Virus record (IMG/VR): IMGVR_UViG_3300031993_000010
Location: 64,001 to 128,000 of that record
From: a virus
Taxonomy: Duplodnaviria; Caudoviricetes
DNA length: 64,000 nt
Reading direction: 5' to 3' (one strand)
Under the pieces are notes generated by a model. The model saw only the letters and a program-made list of their open reading frames with translations. It had not been told where the DNA came from and made no database searches. How positions within the stretch are numbered: the first letter of the stretch is position 1; each line of letters begins with the position of its first letter. This document shows positions 42,053-49,982 of the stretch, one piece after another. The position numbers and the translations under genes were made by a program.

Positions 42053-42390
42053 CAGCAGAAGAACTAAGACAGATAACCAAGGTTTCACTCCTGAACCCCG
42101 TTGTCATCAAATATATCGACGGACAGTTGGTGAAAGCCGCAAAGGAAGGTGACTACTCATGTGTATGTGACATGATTGACAGCAGGGGCTATTCGCAACC
42201 GATTTCGGAAACGCAGTATTTCTCGTTGAGAAAACACTATACCGACCTCGGTTTCAGAGTCAACGCTGACCCGAAGCCTGGAAGCGATGGGAAATACCAT
42301 GTTAAAAAGATAACATTCGATTGGTCAGCCCCGACATCGGTCAATGTATCGGCTGACACCAACATTGTACATGAAGAAGGAGTTTCATAA
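42049..42390 (+). CDS. hypothetical protein
   Basis: ORF in operon. Confidence 0.65.
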   Translation: MTAEELRQITKVSLLNPVVIKYIDGQLVKAAKEGDYSCVCDMIDSRGYSQPISETQYFSLRKHYTDLGFRVNADPKPGSDGKYHVKKITFDWSAPTSVNVSADTNIVHEEGVS

Positions 42391-42411
42391 AAATCAAAAA
42401 ACAATAACATT

Positions 42412-43014
42412 ATGACACTGATAATAGGCAAAATCGACAAAAGAAACAAAAAACAGATGATGTGGTCAGACGGCATCCTCAAGCAGGGCGACATGGTCTC
42501 ATCAAACAATTCCAGAAAAATAAGTTCATTCACGGATAATGACATACACCTTGTAATAGGAACGTCAGGGGTGCATACATGGAACAGGTATGTCCGTAAC
42601 CACCTTCTTCAGGAACTGAAAAAATCCAAGTACCTGTGCGGATGCCTTAACGACACCGACTACGCAGAGGAACGACTGACAGACATATTCCTGAAAATGC
42701 TTGACGACTACCGTGACCACTCAGGCAACAAGGGCGAAATCAGTTTCGGACATGTTGTGCTTCTGAACGGGCACATGTACCTTGTCGAGACTACAGGCGA
42801 CGACTACGAGGTGACTACAACAGAAGTGACAGACCGTGACTACGTGTGCAGCGGAATGGGTCAGGAGGCAGCCGAGTGCATGATGCTTCTTAAAATTCCT
42901 CCCGAAAAAATTTTTAACGCCATTTCAACAGTATATTCCTCTGTAAATGACAATGTTATGTACCTTGAGGAAAAATATGGCTCAGAAAAAAGTGAAAAAA
43001 ATACAAAAAAATAG
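42412..43014 (+). CDS. Ntn-hydrolase/proteasome-beta-like protein
   Basis: MT start, SD, KI, IGTSG, SGMG..AA. Confidence 0.5.
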   Translation: MTLIIGKIDKRNKKQMMWSDGILKQGDMVSSNNSRKISSFTDNDIHLVIGTSGVHTWNRYVRNHLLQELKKSKYLCGCLNDTDYAEERLTDIFLKMLDDYRDHSGNKGEISFGHVVLLNGHMYLVETTGDDYEVTTTEVTDRDYVCSGMGQEAAECMMLLKIPPEKIFNAISTVYSSVNDNVMYLEEKYGSEKSEKNTKK

Positions 43015-43073
43015 TATATTTGCAGTGTACTTTTGAAAATTGGGGTATATTTATAATTAAACGAAATGTTGCA

Positions 43074-43181
43074 ATGACGAATTTTAAACATAATAACAAC
43101 GGAAGTTCCTTTAACGGTTCAACACGTTATTGGGAACACGGGTATTGTGCGTCGTCAGGCTGCATTCGCAAGGCAATTTAA
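43074..43181 (+). CDS. putative attenuator leader peptide (35 aa)
   Basis: MTNFKHNNNGSSFNGSTRYWEHGYCASSGCIRKAI*; overlaps the antiterminator strand. Confidence 0.6.
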   Translation: MTNFKHNNNGSSFNGSTRYWEHGYCASSGCIRKAI

Positions 43182-43244
43182 CCCCAACATATTTTCCCCC
43201 TTTTTGACAGCCTGACGTTCCCCAAGACATCAGGCATTTTTTTT
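43153..43244 (+). terminator. terminator/antiterminator pair
   Basis: CGTCAGGCTG (43153-62) pairs CAGCCTGACG (43208-17); competing stem 43210-43235 followed by A-T8. Confidence 0.75.
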
Positions 43245-43257
43245 GGGATTTTTAAGG

Positions 43258-43305
43258 AAAAAAATTTGGCGGTTAGAAAAAAAAGTCTTACCTTTGCAAA
43301 CGTAA
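43258..43305 (+). promoter_or_regulatory. class A promoter
   Basis: AAAATTTGG ... TACCTTTG CAAACGTAA. Confidence 0.7.
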
Positions 43306-43350
43306 ACGAGAGAACTTTGACATATTAGGCAATCATACAAATAGGAAAAC

Positions 43351-43425
43351 GGGGATGTAGCGTAGGTGGTAATTGCGCGGGTGACTGAAAATCACCAGGC
43401 ACTTGTTCAACTCAAGTCGTCCCCA
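43351..43425 (+). tRNA. tRNA-Phe(GAA)
   Basis: GGTGA-CTGAAAA-TCACC; cloverleaf. Confidence 0.85.
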
Positions 43426-43430
43426 CAAAT

Positions 43431-43514
43431 GGGTAGGTATACCGTAATTGGTAGCGGGCCTGACTGTAAATCAGGTGTCTAACGACTCTGGGGGTTCAAG
43501 TCCCTCCCTGCCCA
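43431..43514 (+). tRNA. tRNA-Tyr(GTA)
   Basis: CCTGA-CTGTAAA-TCAGG; long variable arm. Confidence 0.9.
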
Positions 43515-43521
43515 CAATAAT

Positions 43522-43605
43522 GCCAGAGCGCCAAAGTTGGAGAGTTGGAACTGACTGTAAATCAGTCGCCTACGGGCTTAGTAGGTTCGAATCCTACCTC
43601 TGACA
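43522..43605 (+). tRNA. tRNA-Tyr(GTA)
   Basis: ACTGA-CTGTAAA-TCAGT. Confidence 0.88.
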
Positions 43606-43648
43606 CAACAGACATTTTTTTTTTTCACAAATTAAAAATAAAGGAACA

Positions 43649-44077
43649 ATGAAAATCTACTTTGCGGCAAGTCTTTCGGAAGACAAGAGAAAATTCATGT
43701 ACGAGGCGGTGAAGAGGCTGCGTGACATGGGGCACACGGTGTACGCCCCCATAGAGCATGTCGTTGAACATGCGTGGGAGTGGCCGAACAACGAATGGGG
43801 ACTGCAGGTCTTCCGCAACGACGTCAATGCGATAAACGATTCCGAGTTCGTGGTTGTGCTGAGTTGGGGAAGGCTCGAGACGAGTGCGGGCACCACATGG
43901 GAACAGGGATACGCCTACGGAATAGGAAAGAAGGTAATTCTTGTGGAGATGACCGACAACGTTCAGAGCCTCATGGTGGCAAACGGGAGGTTCGCAACCG
44001 TCAAGGGATTGGAAGGCCTGTACCAATACGACTTTTCCAGAATGGAACCTCTCAGGTCACAGACAGAACAGAAATAG
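43649..44077 (+). CDS. nucleoside 2-deoxyribosyltransferase family protein
   Basis: IYFAAS, DVNAINDSE, SAGTTWEQGYAYGIGKKV. Confidence 0.85.
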   Translation: MKIYFAASLSEDKRKFMYEAVKRLRDMGHTVYAPIEHVVEHAWEWPNNEWGLQVFRNDVNAINDSEFVVVLSWGRLETSAGTTWEQGYAYGIGKKVILVEMTDNVQSLMVANGRFATVKGLEGLYQYDFSRMEPLRSQTEQK

Positions 44078-44081
44078 AAAC

Positions 44082-44155
44082 GCAGGAATAGCTCAGTTGG
44101 CTTAGAGCACGACCCTTCCAAGGTCGAGATGTGGGTTTGGCTCCCATTGCCTGCT
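44082..44155 (+). tRNA. tRNA-Gly(TCC)
   Basis: CGACC-CTTCCAA-GGTCG; atypical T-loop. Confidence 0.8.
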
Positions 44156-44162
44156 CAAACAT

Positions 44163-44233
44163 AGGTCGTTGGTGTAACGGTAACATGGCTGTCTCCAAAA
44201 CAGTTGATGGAGGTTCGAGTCCTTCACGGCCTG
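44163..44233 (+). tRNA. tRNA-Trp(CCA)
   Basis: GCTGT-CTCCAAA-ACAGT. Confidence 0.9.
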
Positions 44234-44245
44234 CAAGACACACAT

Positions 44246-44318
44246 GGTGTTCGTAGTTCAATGGTGGAACGCCGCCCTGTGGAGGCGGATGGTGTCAGTT
44301 CGAGTCTGACCGAACACC
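44246..44318 (+). tRNA. tRNA-His(GTG)
   Basis: CCGCC-CTGTGGA-GGCGG; G-1:C73. Confidence 0.9.
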
Positions 44319-44340
44319 CTATTTATAAAATATAAGGTAT

Positions 44341-45087
44341 ATGAAAATGATAAATTTGGTGAAGAACAAAATAAGGAAAGCCGTCAGGGAAGTGTTGAAC
44401 GAGAATGTTGTCGGATACCCGATGCACTTCAGGACAATATACGATGACATAGGAGACGGACTCCTGATAAACGAGGGTCTGATAAAAACCTATCCATTGT
44501 CGTATGTACAGAAATACTTTGACAGACGATATGTGTTCGACATACGTGAGAAATACTTCAACGACAACGATTGGAAGGTCATCCTCGTACTGCCGTCAAA
44601 ATCCGATAAAGCGCAGGAGATTACCGATGTCTTGAACAGGTTTGGATATTATCTTGGCTACAAGGAAGAGAATGACAGGGGGCTTTGCCTTCAGTTCGAG
44701 CCTAAATTCCAGAACAAGTTCACAGGACAGCAAATGAAAGAAGTCGGGTGCAAATACCTGATACATGTTTCCCCGATGTACAATCAGGAAAAGATAATGG
44801 CAAACGGGTTGTGCCCCACAAGTAGAAACGGCGAGTTCAGTTATCCGAACAGGATATACTTATTCCTTGATACTGTGTCGGACAGGGAGTTGGAAAGCAT
44901 GGTAAGCAGACTTTCCGCCTCGAACAAGAGCAAGGGAAACGACGGCAGGTATTGCGTCTTCAACGTAAGCCTTGAAGGTCTTGAGGAACACACGTTTAAC
45001 CTTGACTTCAACATGGACAACGCTGTCTTCACCGAGGAAAACATCCCCCCGACAAACCTGCAATTGGTGAAAATCCTCAATGTTTAA
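44341..45087 (+). CDS. ART/KptA(Tpt1)-like domain protein, paralog of 56043..56828
   Basis: HVSP...I...GL.P...YPNRIYL...FTEENIPP.NL. Confidence 0.55.
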   Translation: MKMINLVKNKIRKAVREVLNENVVGYPMHFRTIYDDIGDGLLINEGLIKTYPLSYVQKYFDRRYVFDIREKYFNDNDWKVILVLPSKSDKAQEITDVLNRFGYYLGYKEENDRGLCLQFEPKFQNKFTGQQMKEVGCKYLIHVSPMYNQEKIMANGLCPTSRNGEFSYPNRIYLFLDTVSDRELESMVSRLSASNKSKGNDGRYCVFNVSLEGLEEHTFNLDFNMDNAVFTEENIPPTNLQLVKILNV

Positions 45088-45099
45088 CACTTTTTAACA

Positions 45100-45147
45100 A
45101 AAAAGATTTGGCCAATTCAAAAAATGGTAGTATCTTTGCAAACGTAA
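45100..45147 (+). promoter_or_regulatory. class A promoter
   Basis: AAAAAGATTTGG ... TATCTTTG CAAACGTAA. Confidence 0.7.
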
Positions 45148-45269
45148 ACAAAACAGAGATAGAAAAAAATTCCGAGAAAGTTGAAATTTGCAAGAAAAAA
45201 TAGTATATTTGCATTGTCTGATTGGTTCATGATAGATGACATCCCGCCATTCAGATAACAGTGGCGGAA

Positions 45270-45343
45270 GCCGGGTAGCTCAAGGGTAGAGCGTTGCCCC
45301 GCATTGCGAGGAAGAGAGTGCAGGTTCGAATCCTGTCCCGGTG
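45270..45343 (+). ncRNA. tRNA-like RNA with irregular anticodon arm
   Basis: Intact D arm (TAGCTCAAGGGTAGAGC) and T arm; no 5-bp/7-nt anticodon arm. Confidence 0.6.
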
Positions 45344-45691
45344 CCGAGACACGTAATGTGTACAGTACTTTGACATATTGGTTAGAGGTTAAAAACGGAC
45401 AGATGAGCCGCCAACGGACGGTTCGGAAGTCCACAAGACAAGAAAGTTCGTTCCTTGACAATAGGCATAAGAGGGCTTATCCTCGCACTGCGAGGATTGT
45501 AAGTACCCGAGGTTCCCGCTTTTATTTTTGCGCGATAACAGGCGATTGTTGGGGAATTGACATAGGACTGATGTGGGAGAGATACCCTATTCAGCCCCCA
45601 AAATGGGACATCAGGGCGTTTGGCGGTGACGATGCACCCTTAACATAAAGGGTAGCGGCAGGCACGACTTTTTTGCAGGTGTTCCGAATAT

Positions 45692-45778
45692 GGGAGACAT
45701 ACAGCAAACCATCTTTGAATTTCATAAAACAGTTTTTAAGTGGTTTACAAACAGTCCAAAATGCCCGTCCGTCTCCTG
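45692..45778 (+). ncRNA. ACAGCAA-motif RNA, free copy 1
   Basis: GGGAGAC-ATACAGCAA...GTCTCCTG. Confidence 0.65.
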
Positions 45779-45847
45779 ACACCATAGCGGTTTTCACGAG
45801 TTTCCCGCTTTGCCCTAAAAACTCTTTATATCGATAATCGGTTATAT

Positions 45848-45913
45848 GGAAGCCGTACAGCAAACTTTTCAAGCAACAAACTTTTAATTTGTACACGCTA
45901 ACCTTGGCTTCTG
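45848..45913 (+). ncRNA. ACAGCAA-motif RNA, free copy 2
   Basis: GGAAGCC-GTACAGCAA...GGCTTCTG. Confidence 0.7.
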
Positions 45914-46118
45914 TCGATTATACTAAACTTAATCTAAGCCTGAAAGGTGGGCGTTATCTATAATACCTTCCACAAGGCGTAAGCCAGGTGTGGATATGGG
46001 AAGGGTAACAAATATCTCTAATGGGGTTTGGTAAGCTTTATCTTGGTGAAGAAATTAAGTGCCAAGGGGTCCCAGATACAAGTGACTACGGAAATCTTGT
46101 AAGGTTTAGATTTATTTT

Positions 46119-46190
46119 GCTTCCTTAGTATAGTGGTTATTACTCCGGATTTGTAACCCGGAAACACTCGTTCAAATCGAGTAGGAAGCT
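46119..46190 (+). tRNA. tRNA-Thr(TGT)
   Basis: CCGGA-TTTGTAA-CCCGG. Confidence 0.8.
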
Positions 46191-46287
46191 CACCTGAAAA
46201 CATTTTGTTTAAATTTTTAGTGTACTTCATTGGAGTTGTTCGTGTTCCCCCCTACTCCGCGTGTAAATAAAAAGAAGGGAACAATCT

Positions 46288-46416
46288 CGGAGGATAGTTT
46301 AACGGCAAAACGGAGGCTTGCATCAAAATGGTTTTCTGCATACGGAATACCAACAGCAACAGCAACCAATACGCAACAGGGTGCCTCAGTTACAGGTTCG
46401 AATCCTGTTCTTCCGA
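46288..46416 (+). ncRNA. tRNA scaffold carrying a permuted ACAGCAA motif in the anticodon arm
   Basis: Acceptor CGGAGGA/TCTTCCG, D and T arms; insert GGTTTTCTG-catac-GGAATACC-AACAGCAA. Confidence 0.7.
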
Positions 46417-46554
46417 CAAAGGCCGAAGCCCACACGCACATGCTTAATGAGTCTCAACGTGCGTTCCGAAAGGAATAGGACCATAGAGTTGGAAAGACCT
46501 GTGCACGGGTGTGAAAACGTTTCCAATAGACGGGGAAGTGGGGTCGGTTGCTTT

Positions 46555-46627
46555 GGGAACATAGCTCAGCAGGTAGAGCGGCACCCTGTTAAGGTGATGG
46601 TCGTAGGTTCGAACCCTACTGTTCCCG
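46555..46627 (+). tRNA. tRNA-Asn(GTT)
   Basis: CACC-CTGTTAA-GGTG. Confidence 0.88.
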
Positions 46628-46662
46628 CATGATTTTTTGTCATAGTTCATAGTTTTTTTAAA

Positions 46663-46718
46663 GGAAGACGTACAGCAAACACAAAAGTTTTTATGGAAAA
46701 GACGAAAATTGTCTTCTG
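46663..46718 (+). ncRNA. ACAGCAA-motif RNA, free copy 3
   Basis: GGAAGAC-GTACAGCAA...GTCTTCTG. Confidence 0.7.
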
Positions 46719-46724
46719 AAAAAT

Positions 46725-46795
46725 GGCCCTTTAGTTTAGCGGTAGAACGAATGGTTTTCAGCCATTAGAGCGGGGTTCGACTCCCCGATGGGCTA
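46725..46795 (+). tRNA. tRNA-Glu(TTC)
   Basis: AATGG-TTTTCAG-CCATT. Confidence 0.85.
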
Positions 46796-46877
46796 CAATG
46801 TACTAAAAGGACATCGGATTTTGACTTGTTTTCAAAGTTCGAAAGTATTTATAATAGCAGTTAAATTGTTGATAGTT

Positions 46878-47804
46878 ATGATTTCAGATGAATTGTTACA
46901 AGAACATCTCATTGTTGAGTTTTTGTTTGCGGATAGTTTGAACCATGATTTTTTCATTACTGAGAATTATGGTAAAATACATGGAATATACGATATTATA
47001 AAAACTATAGGGGATAAATTCCTTAAAGGGGAACGGAGTGTGACTGTAGGCATACCCGATGTGGGTGAAGTTGAGATTGTTTTTCAATATTCCGAAGGTT
47101 GGACGAACAGGAATGTCGTTGCATACTGTGACTACAATGGTGCCAAGCCACGTATTATAGTTAATGTTGAAAGTGTAGACAGGAATGCGGCGGTGGAGGA
47201 AGTTAAAAGAATAATTGCCCACGAAATCATACATGCAAGGCATGAAAAGGGTGTTGAGGAAAGGTATGGCGAAGAAACGTCCATAGACAATTTTGAGAAG
47301 GGGTATAGGGCTGCAGTGCTTTTTTCAAAAGACAGTGACCCTTTGGTCAGTAGTTTTGGGTACACTCTCTACTATCTGTCAAAATCGGAACAAAACGCTT
47401 TTATAGGACAGACGTGCGTTGAAATTGAAAACATGGGTAACGAAATCAAAGACCACAAATCTGCGATGGAGTGTATCAAGAAAACCGACGCATATGCAAG
47501 AATAGTTACCTTGGGGAAAAGGATAGAGTTGCTGAAGTCAGCAAATGAGGAGGATATGCAGAATTTGGTCGATGGATATATACATTTAACAGGAATCAAG
47601 ACAACTCCAAGTAAATTACTTAAATATGTGGAGAATGAATACCGTAAGTTTGTGGACAAATTTTACAGACAGGTTTCGAAAATGGCTTATGAACAGTATG
47701 AAAAGCATACCGCACAGCGTTTCGAACCCAAACTGAAGGATGGCCTGTACGAAGACCTGTGCAAAACAAGGGATTTTATGGAACGTCTTGATAATGTCAG
47801 GTAA
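46878..47804 (+). CDS. hypothetical protein with HExxH motif
   Basis: AHEIIH...EQNAF; TATTTATA upstream. Confidence 0.65.
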   Translation: MISDELLQEHLIVEFLFADSLNHDFFITENYGKIHGIYDIIKTIGDKFLKGERSVTVGIPDVGEVEIVFQYSEGWTNRNVVAYCDYNGAKPRIIVNVESVDRNAAVEEVKRIIAHEIIHARHEKGVEERYGEETSIDNFEKGYRAAVLFSKDSDPLVSSFGYTLYYLSKSEQNAFIGQTCVEIENMGNEIKDHKSAMECIKKTDAYARIVTLGKRIELLKSANEEDMQNLVDGYIHLTGIKTTPSKLLKYVENEYRKFVDKFYRQVSKMAYEQYEKHTAQRFEPKLKDGLYEDLCKTRDFMERLDNVR

Positions 47805-47845
47805 CGGTTGTTTTCAAAGTTCGAAAGTAGTTATATTTAGATATA

Positions 47846-48250
47846 ATGAAAACCGATATGACAAAGACAAGTTTAATTTTAATGTTATGGGAACTTCCCC
47901 AACTCCTCCTTGGACGTATGATTGCCAAAAAGACAGGTGCCCATGCACACACTGTCGACGGTGTGCGTGTATATGTGACCAACAAGTATGACGGAATGTC
48001 GATGGGTGACACGTTGTTTGTCAACCCCAACTCGTTCTACGGGACTTGGATGGTCAAGCATGAGTTCGGTCATATAATCCAAAGCAGGATATTGGGTTGG
48101 CTCTACATCCCATTGATACTCATACCGAGCATTGTATGGAAAAAGGCTACCGAGGCAATTGACAGGGTCTTCCCCTCAGAGGAGGCTGACATCAATTTCT
48201 TCAGTCAGCAGTTCTATACCGAACAATGGGCAAATTGGTTGATACTTTAA
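47846..48250 (+). CDS. membrane protein with HExxH motif
   Basis: KHEFGH..QS..LGWLY...FYTEQWAN. Confidence 0.65.
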   Translation: MKTDMTKTSLILMLWELPQLLLGRMIAKKTGAHAHTVDGVRVYVTNKYDGMSMGDTLFVNPNSFYGTWMVKHEFGHIIQSRILGWLYIPLILIPSIVWKKATEAIDRVFPSEEADINFFSQQFYTEQWANWLIL

Positions 48251-48489
48251 GACGGATAGATACCCAAACTCCAACAGCCTAATGGAGGTGATAACCACCT
48301 TGTCGGCTGTTATAGGGGCTAAAGACAGTCAAGGCGAACATCCTGCGAGAAAACAGGAACATGGTTTAAATAGTACCTTACTGTCAATGCGTTCCAAAGG
48401 GTTGTGGTGTTGGATATGTACGGCTACGGCATGGGGTGAGATTGTAGCAAGCACCCTGCAACACTGCATATATCCGTTTTTTATTATAT

Positions 48490-48577
48490 GGAGAGGTGGC
48501 CGAGTGGCTGAAGGCACAGGTTTGCTAAACCTGCAAACCCGATAAGGGTTTCGGGGGTTCGAATCCCTCCCTCTCCG
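48490..48577 (+). tRNA. tRNA-Ser(GCT)
   Basis: CAGGT-TTGCTAA-ACCTG; long variable arm. Confidence 0.92.
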
Positions 48578-48587
48578 CGCAAGTTTT

Positions 48588-48660
48588 GGGAATGTAGCTC
48601 AGTTATGGTAGAGCACCGCGTAACGGCGGGACCGCATGGGTTCGAACCCCATCATTTCTA
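48588..48660 (+). ncRNA. tRNA-like RNA with shortened anticodon arm
   Basis: CCGC-GTAACG-GCGG; normal D and T arms. Confidence 0.6.
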
Positions 48661-48879
48661 CTCTATCTAAATCCCTGTCTCGAAAGAGACCAATAGTAAA
48701 CAAAGATTTTCCTGACAAAAGTGGGGCAGAGTAGTCGGGACGGCAGATGCAGCCGTGATGAAATAATGGTGGTAAGCGAGACGTGCATCAATCCACCAAT
48801 TTTTAAAGATAGGTTGTAAAATCCGCAAGGGTACACCGTAAACTGTGTTGACCTGTCTTTTTTGACATAGTGCATAGAC

Positions 48880-49014
48880 GTGGACTGTGACGGGGAATGG
48901 GTAAACCCGCGCCGTAAAATAGAGGAACGACTGGAAGTGGTCGGTAAAAGTCGGACGGTGGACCGAAAGGTTTTGACACGTCAGTCACTGTGGGTTCGAG
49001 TCCCATCGGTGCGC
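48880..49014 (+). ncRNA. tRNA-like RNA with expanded anticodon/variable region
   Basis: Leu/Ser-type D arm, T arm GTGGG-TTCGAGT-CCCAT. Confidence 0.5.
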
Positions 49015-49102
49015 GGATATGCACTTTTTTTACGGAAAAATTGTAACTTTTGAAAAATACGTTATATTTATAAAAGAATAAGGTAACAGAAGAAATAAGA
49101 AA

Positions 49103-49240
49103 ATGGTAACGGCTTTAATCATATTATCTGTATTGGCAATCCTTGCACAGTGCTGCATTGTGCTCAGGATGCCCGTCGCATGTGCAGACGCCGACAGACA
49201 AGACGACCCCAAAGCCGTGGAGGAAATAGGCAAGGAATAG
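49103..49240 (+). CDS. small membrane protein (45 aa)
   Basis: MVTALIILSVLAILAQCC...; TATTTATA upstream. Confidence 0.5.
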   Translation: MVTALIILSVLAILAQCCIVLRMPVACADADRQDDPKAVEEIGKE

Positions 49241-49319
49241 ACACATTTTTCACTCTCATTAATATGCGTGGTTCCTTGTCAGACACAGGGAACCACAATT
49301 TTTTTAAGGGAAATTAAGA

Positions 49320-49367
49320 AAAAAGATTTGGTCGGAAGGAAAAAAGTTGTTACCTTTGCAAACGTAA
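49320..49367 (+). promoter_or_regulatory. class A promoter
   Basis: AAAAAGATTTGG ... TACCTTTG CAAACGTAA. Confidence 0.7.
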
Positions 49368-49376
49368 AAGATACAG

Positions 49377-49453
49377 TGCGGGATGGAGAAGTTGGTCATC
49401 TCACGTGGCTCATAACCACGAAATCGGGGGTTCGAATCCCTCTCCCGCTACCA
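49377..49453 (+). tRNA. tRNA-fMet(CAT), initiator-like
   Basis: CGTGG-CTCATAA-CCACG; 1:72 mismatch; encoded CCA. Confidence 0.85.
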
Positions 49454-49555
49454 AAAAATTCCGAAAGAAGCCCTGCCAGGCTTTCGAGTAGGTCGCACGG
49501 AAACTGATTAGACGACGGCGTGGCAGCGCCTTCGGATTGAAAGGCTGACGTGTAA

Positions 49556-49628
49556 GACGAGGTGGTGTAATCGGTAAGCACACTTGCTATGGTTGCAAGA
49601 AGCGTATGGTTCAAATCCTACTCTCGTG
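49556..49628 (+). ncRNA. degenerate tRNA-like RNA (TGG in loop but A33)
   Basis: CTTGC-TATGGTT-GCAAG; bulged T stem. Confidence 0.5.
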
Positions 49629-49680
49629 TCGTAACGCAAAATGCGTAAAAGTACTTTGACATGTTGGTTAGAGGTTAGAT

Positions 49681-49762
49681 GCTCAGGTGGCGAAATTGGT
49701 AGACGCGCAACGTTGAGGTCGTTGTGGGGAAACCCGTGGGGGTTCAAGTCCCCCCTTGAGCA
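49681..49762 (+). tRNA. tRNA-Leu(GAG)
   Basis: CAACG-TTGAGGT-CGTTG. Confidence 0.9.
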
Positions 49763-49772
49763 CAAGTTTTTT

Positions 49773-49845
49773 CTCCCTGTAGTTCAGTGGATAGTAACGA
49801 GAGATTCCTAATCTCTAAACCGAGGTTCGAGTCCTCGTGGGGAGA
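49773..49845 (+). tRNA. tRNA-Arg(CCT)
   Basis: AGAGA-TTCCTAA-TCTCT. Confidence 0.88.
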
Positions 49846-49854
49846 CAAAAAGCA

Positions 49855-49980
49855 GACCATGTGGCGCTGAAATACACCTGACAGGAAAGCGCCTGAAAGC
49901 AGAAATGCGAAGTCGAGTCCAAAGATGGTGTTCACGGACGAGGTAATGGCGAGGTGTCGGTTCAAGTCCGACCATGGTCT
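49855..49980 (+). ncRNA. tRNA-like RNA with multiple insertions
   Basis: Acceptor GACCATG/CATGGTC, T arm GTCGG-TTCAAGT-CCGAC. Confidence 0.55.
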
Positions 49981-49982
49981 CA

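Noticed and set aside
1-43000. Bacterial chromosome origin, suggested by dnaK, dnaJ and infC
   Set aside because: Genes are divergent and out of bacterial context (infC without rpmI/rplT, no grpE) and sit among phage-type small ORFs, orphan MTases and a large tRNA array
45395-45690. RNase P RNA (GGAAGTCC resembles GGAAAGTCC)
   Set aside because: No complementary ACAGAA..CGGCTTA-type 3' motif to form P4 was found
46440-46505. Hammerhead ribozyme (CTTAATGAG...GAAA)
   Set aside because: Core deviates from CTGATGA and the three stems could not be assembled
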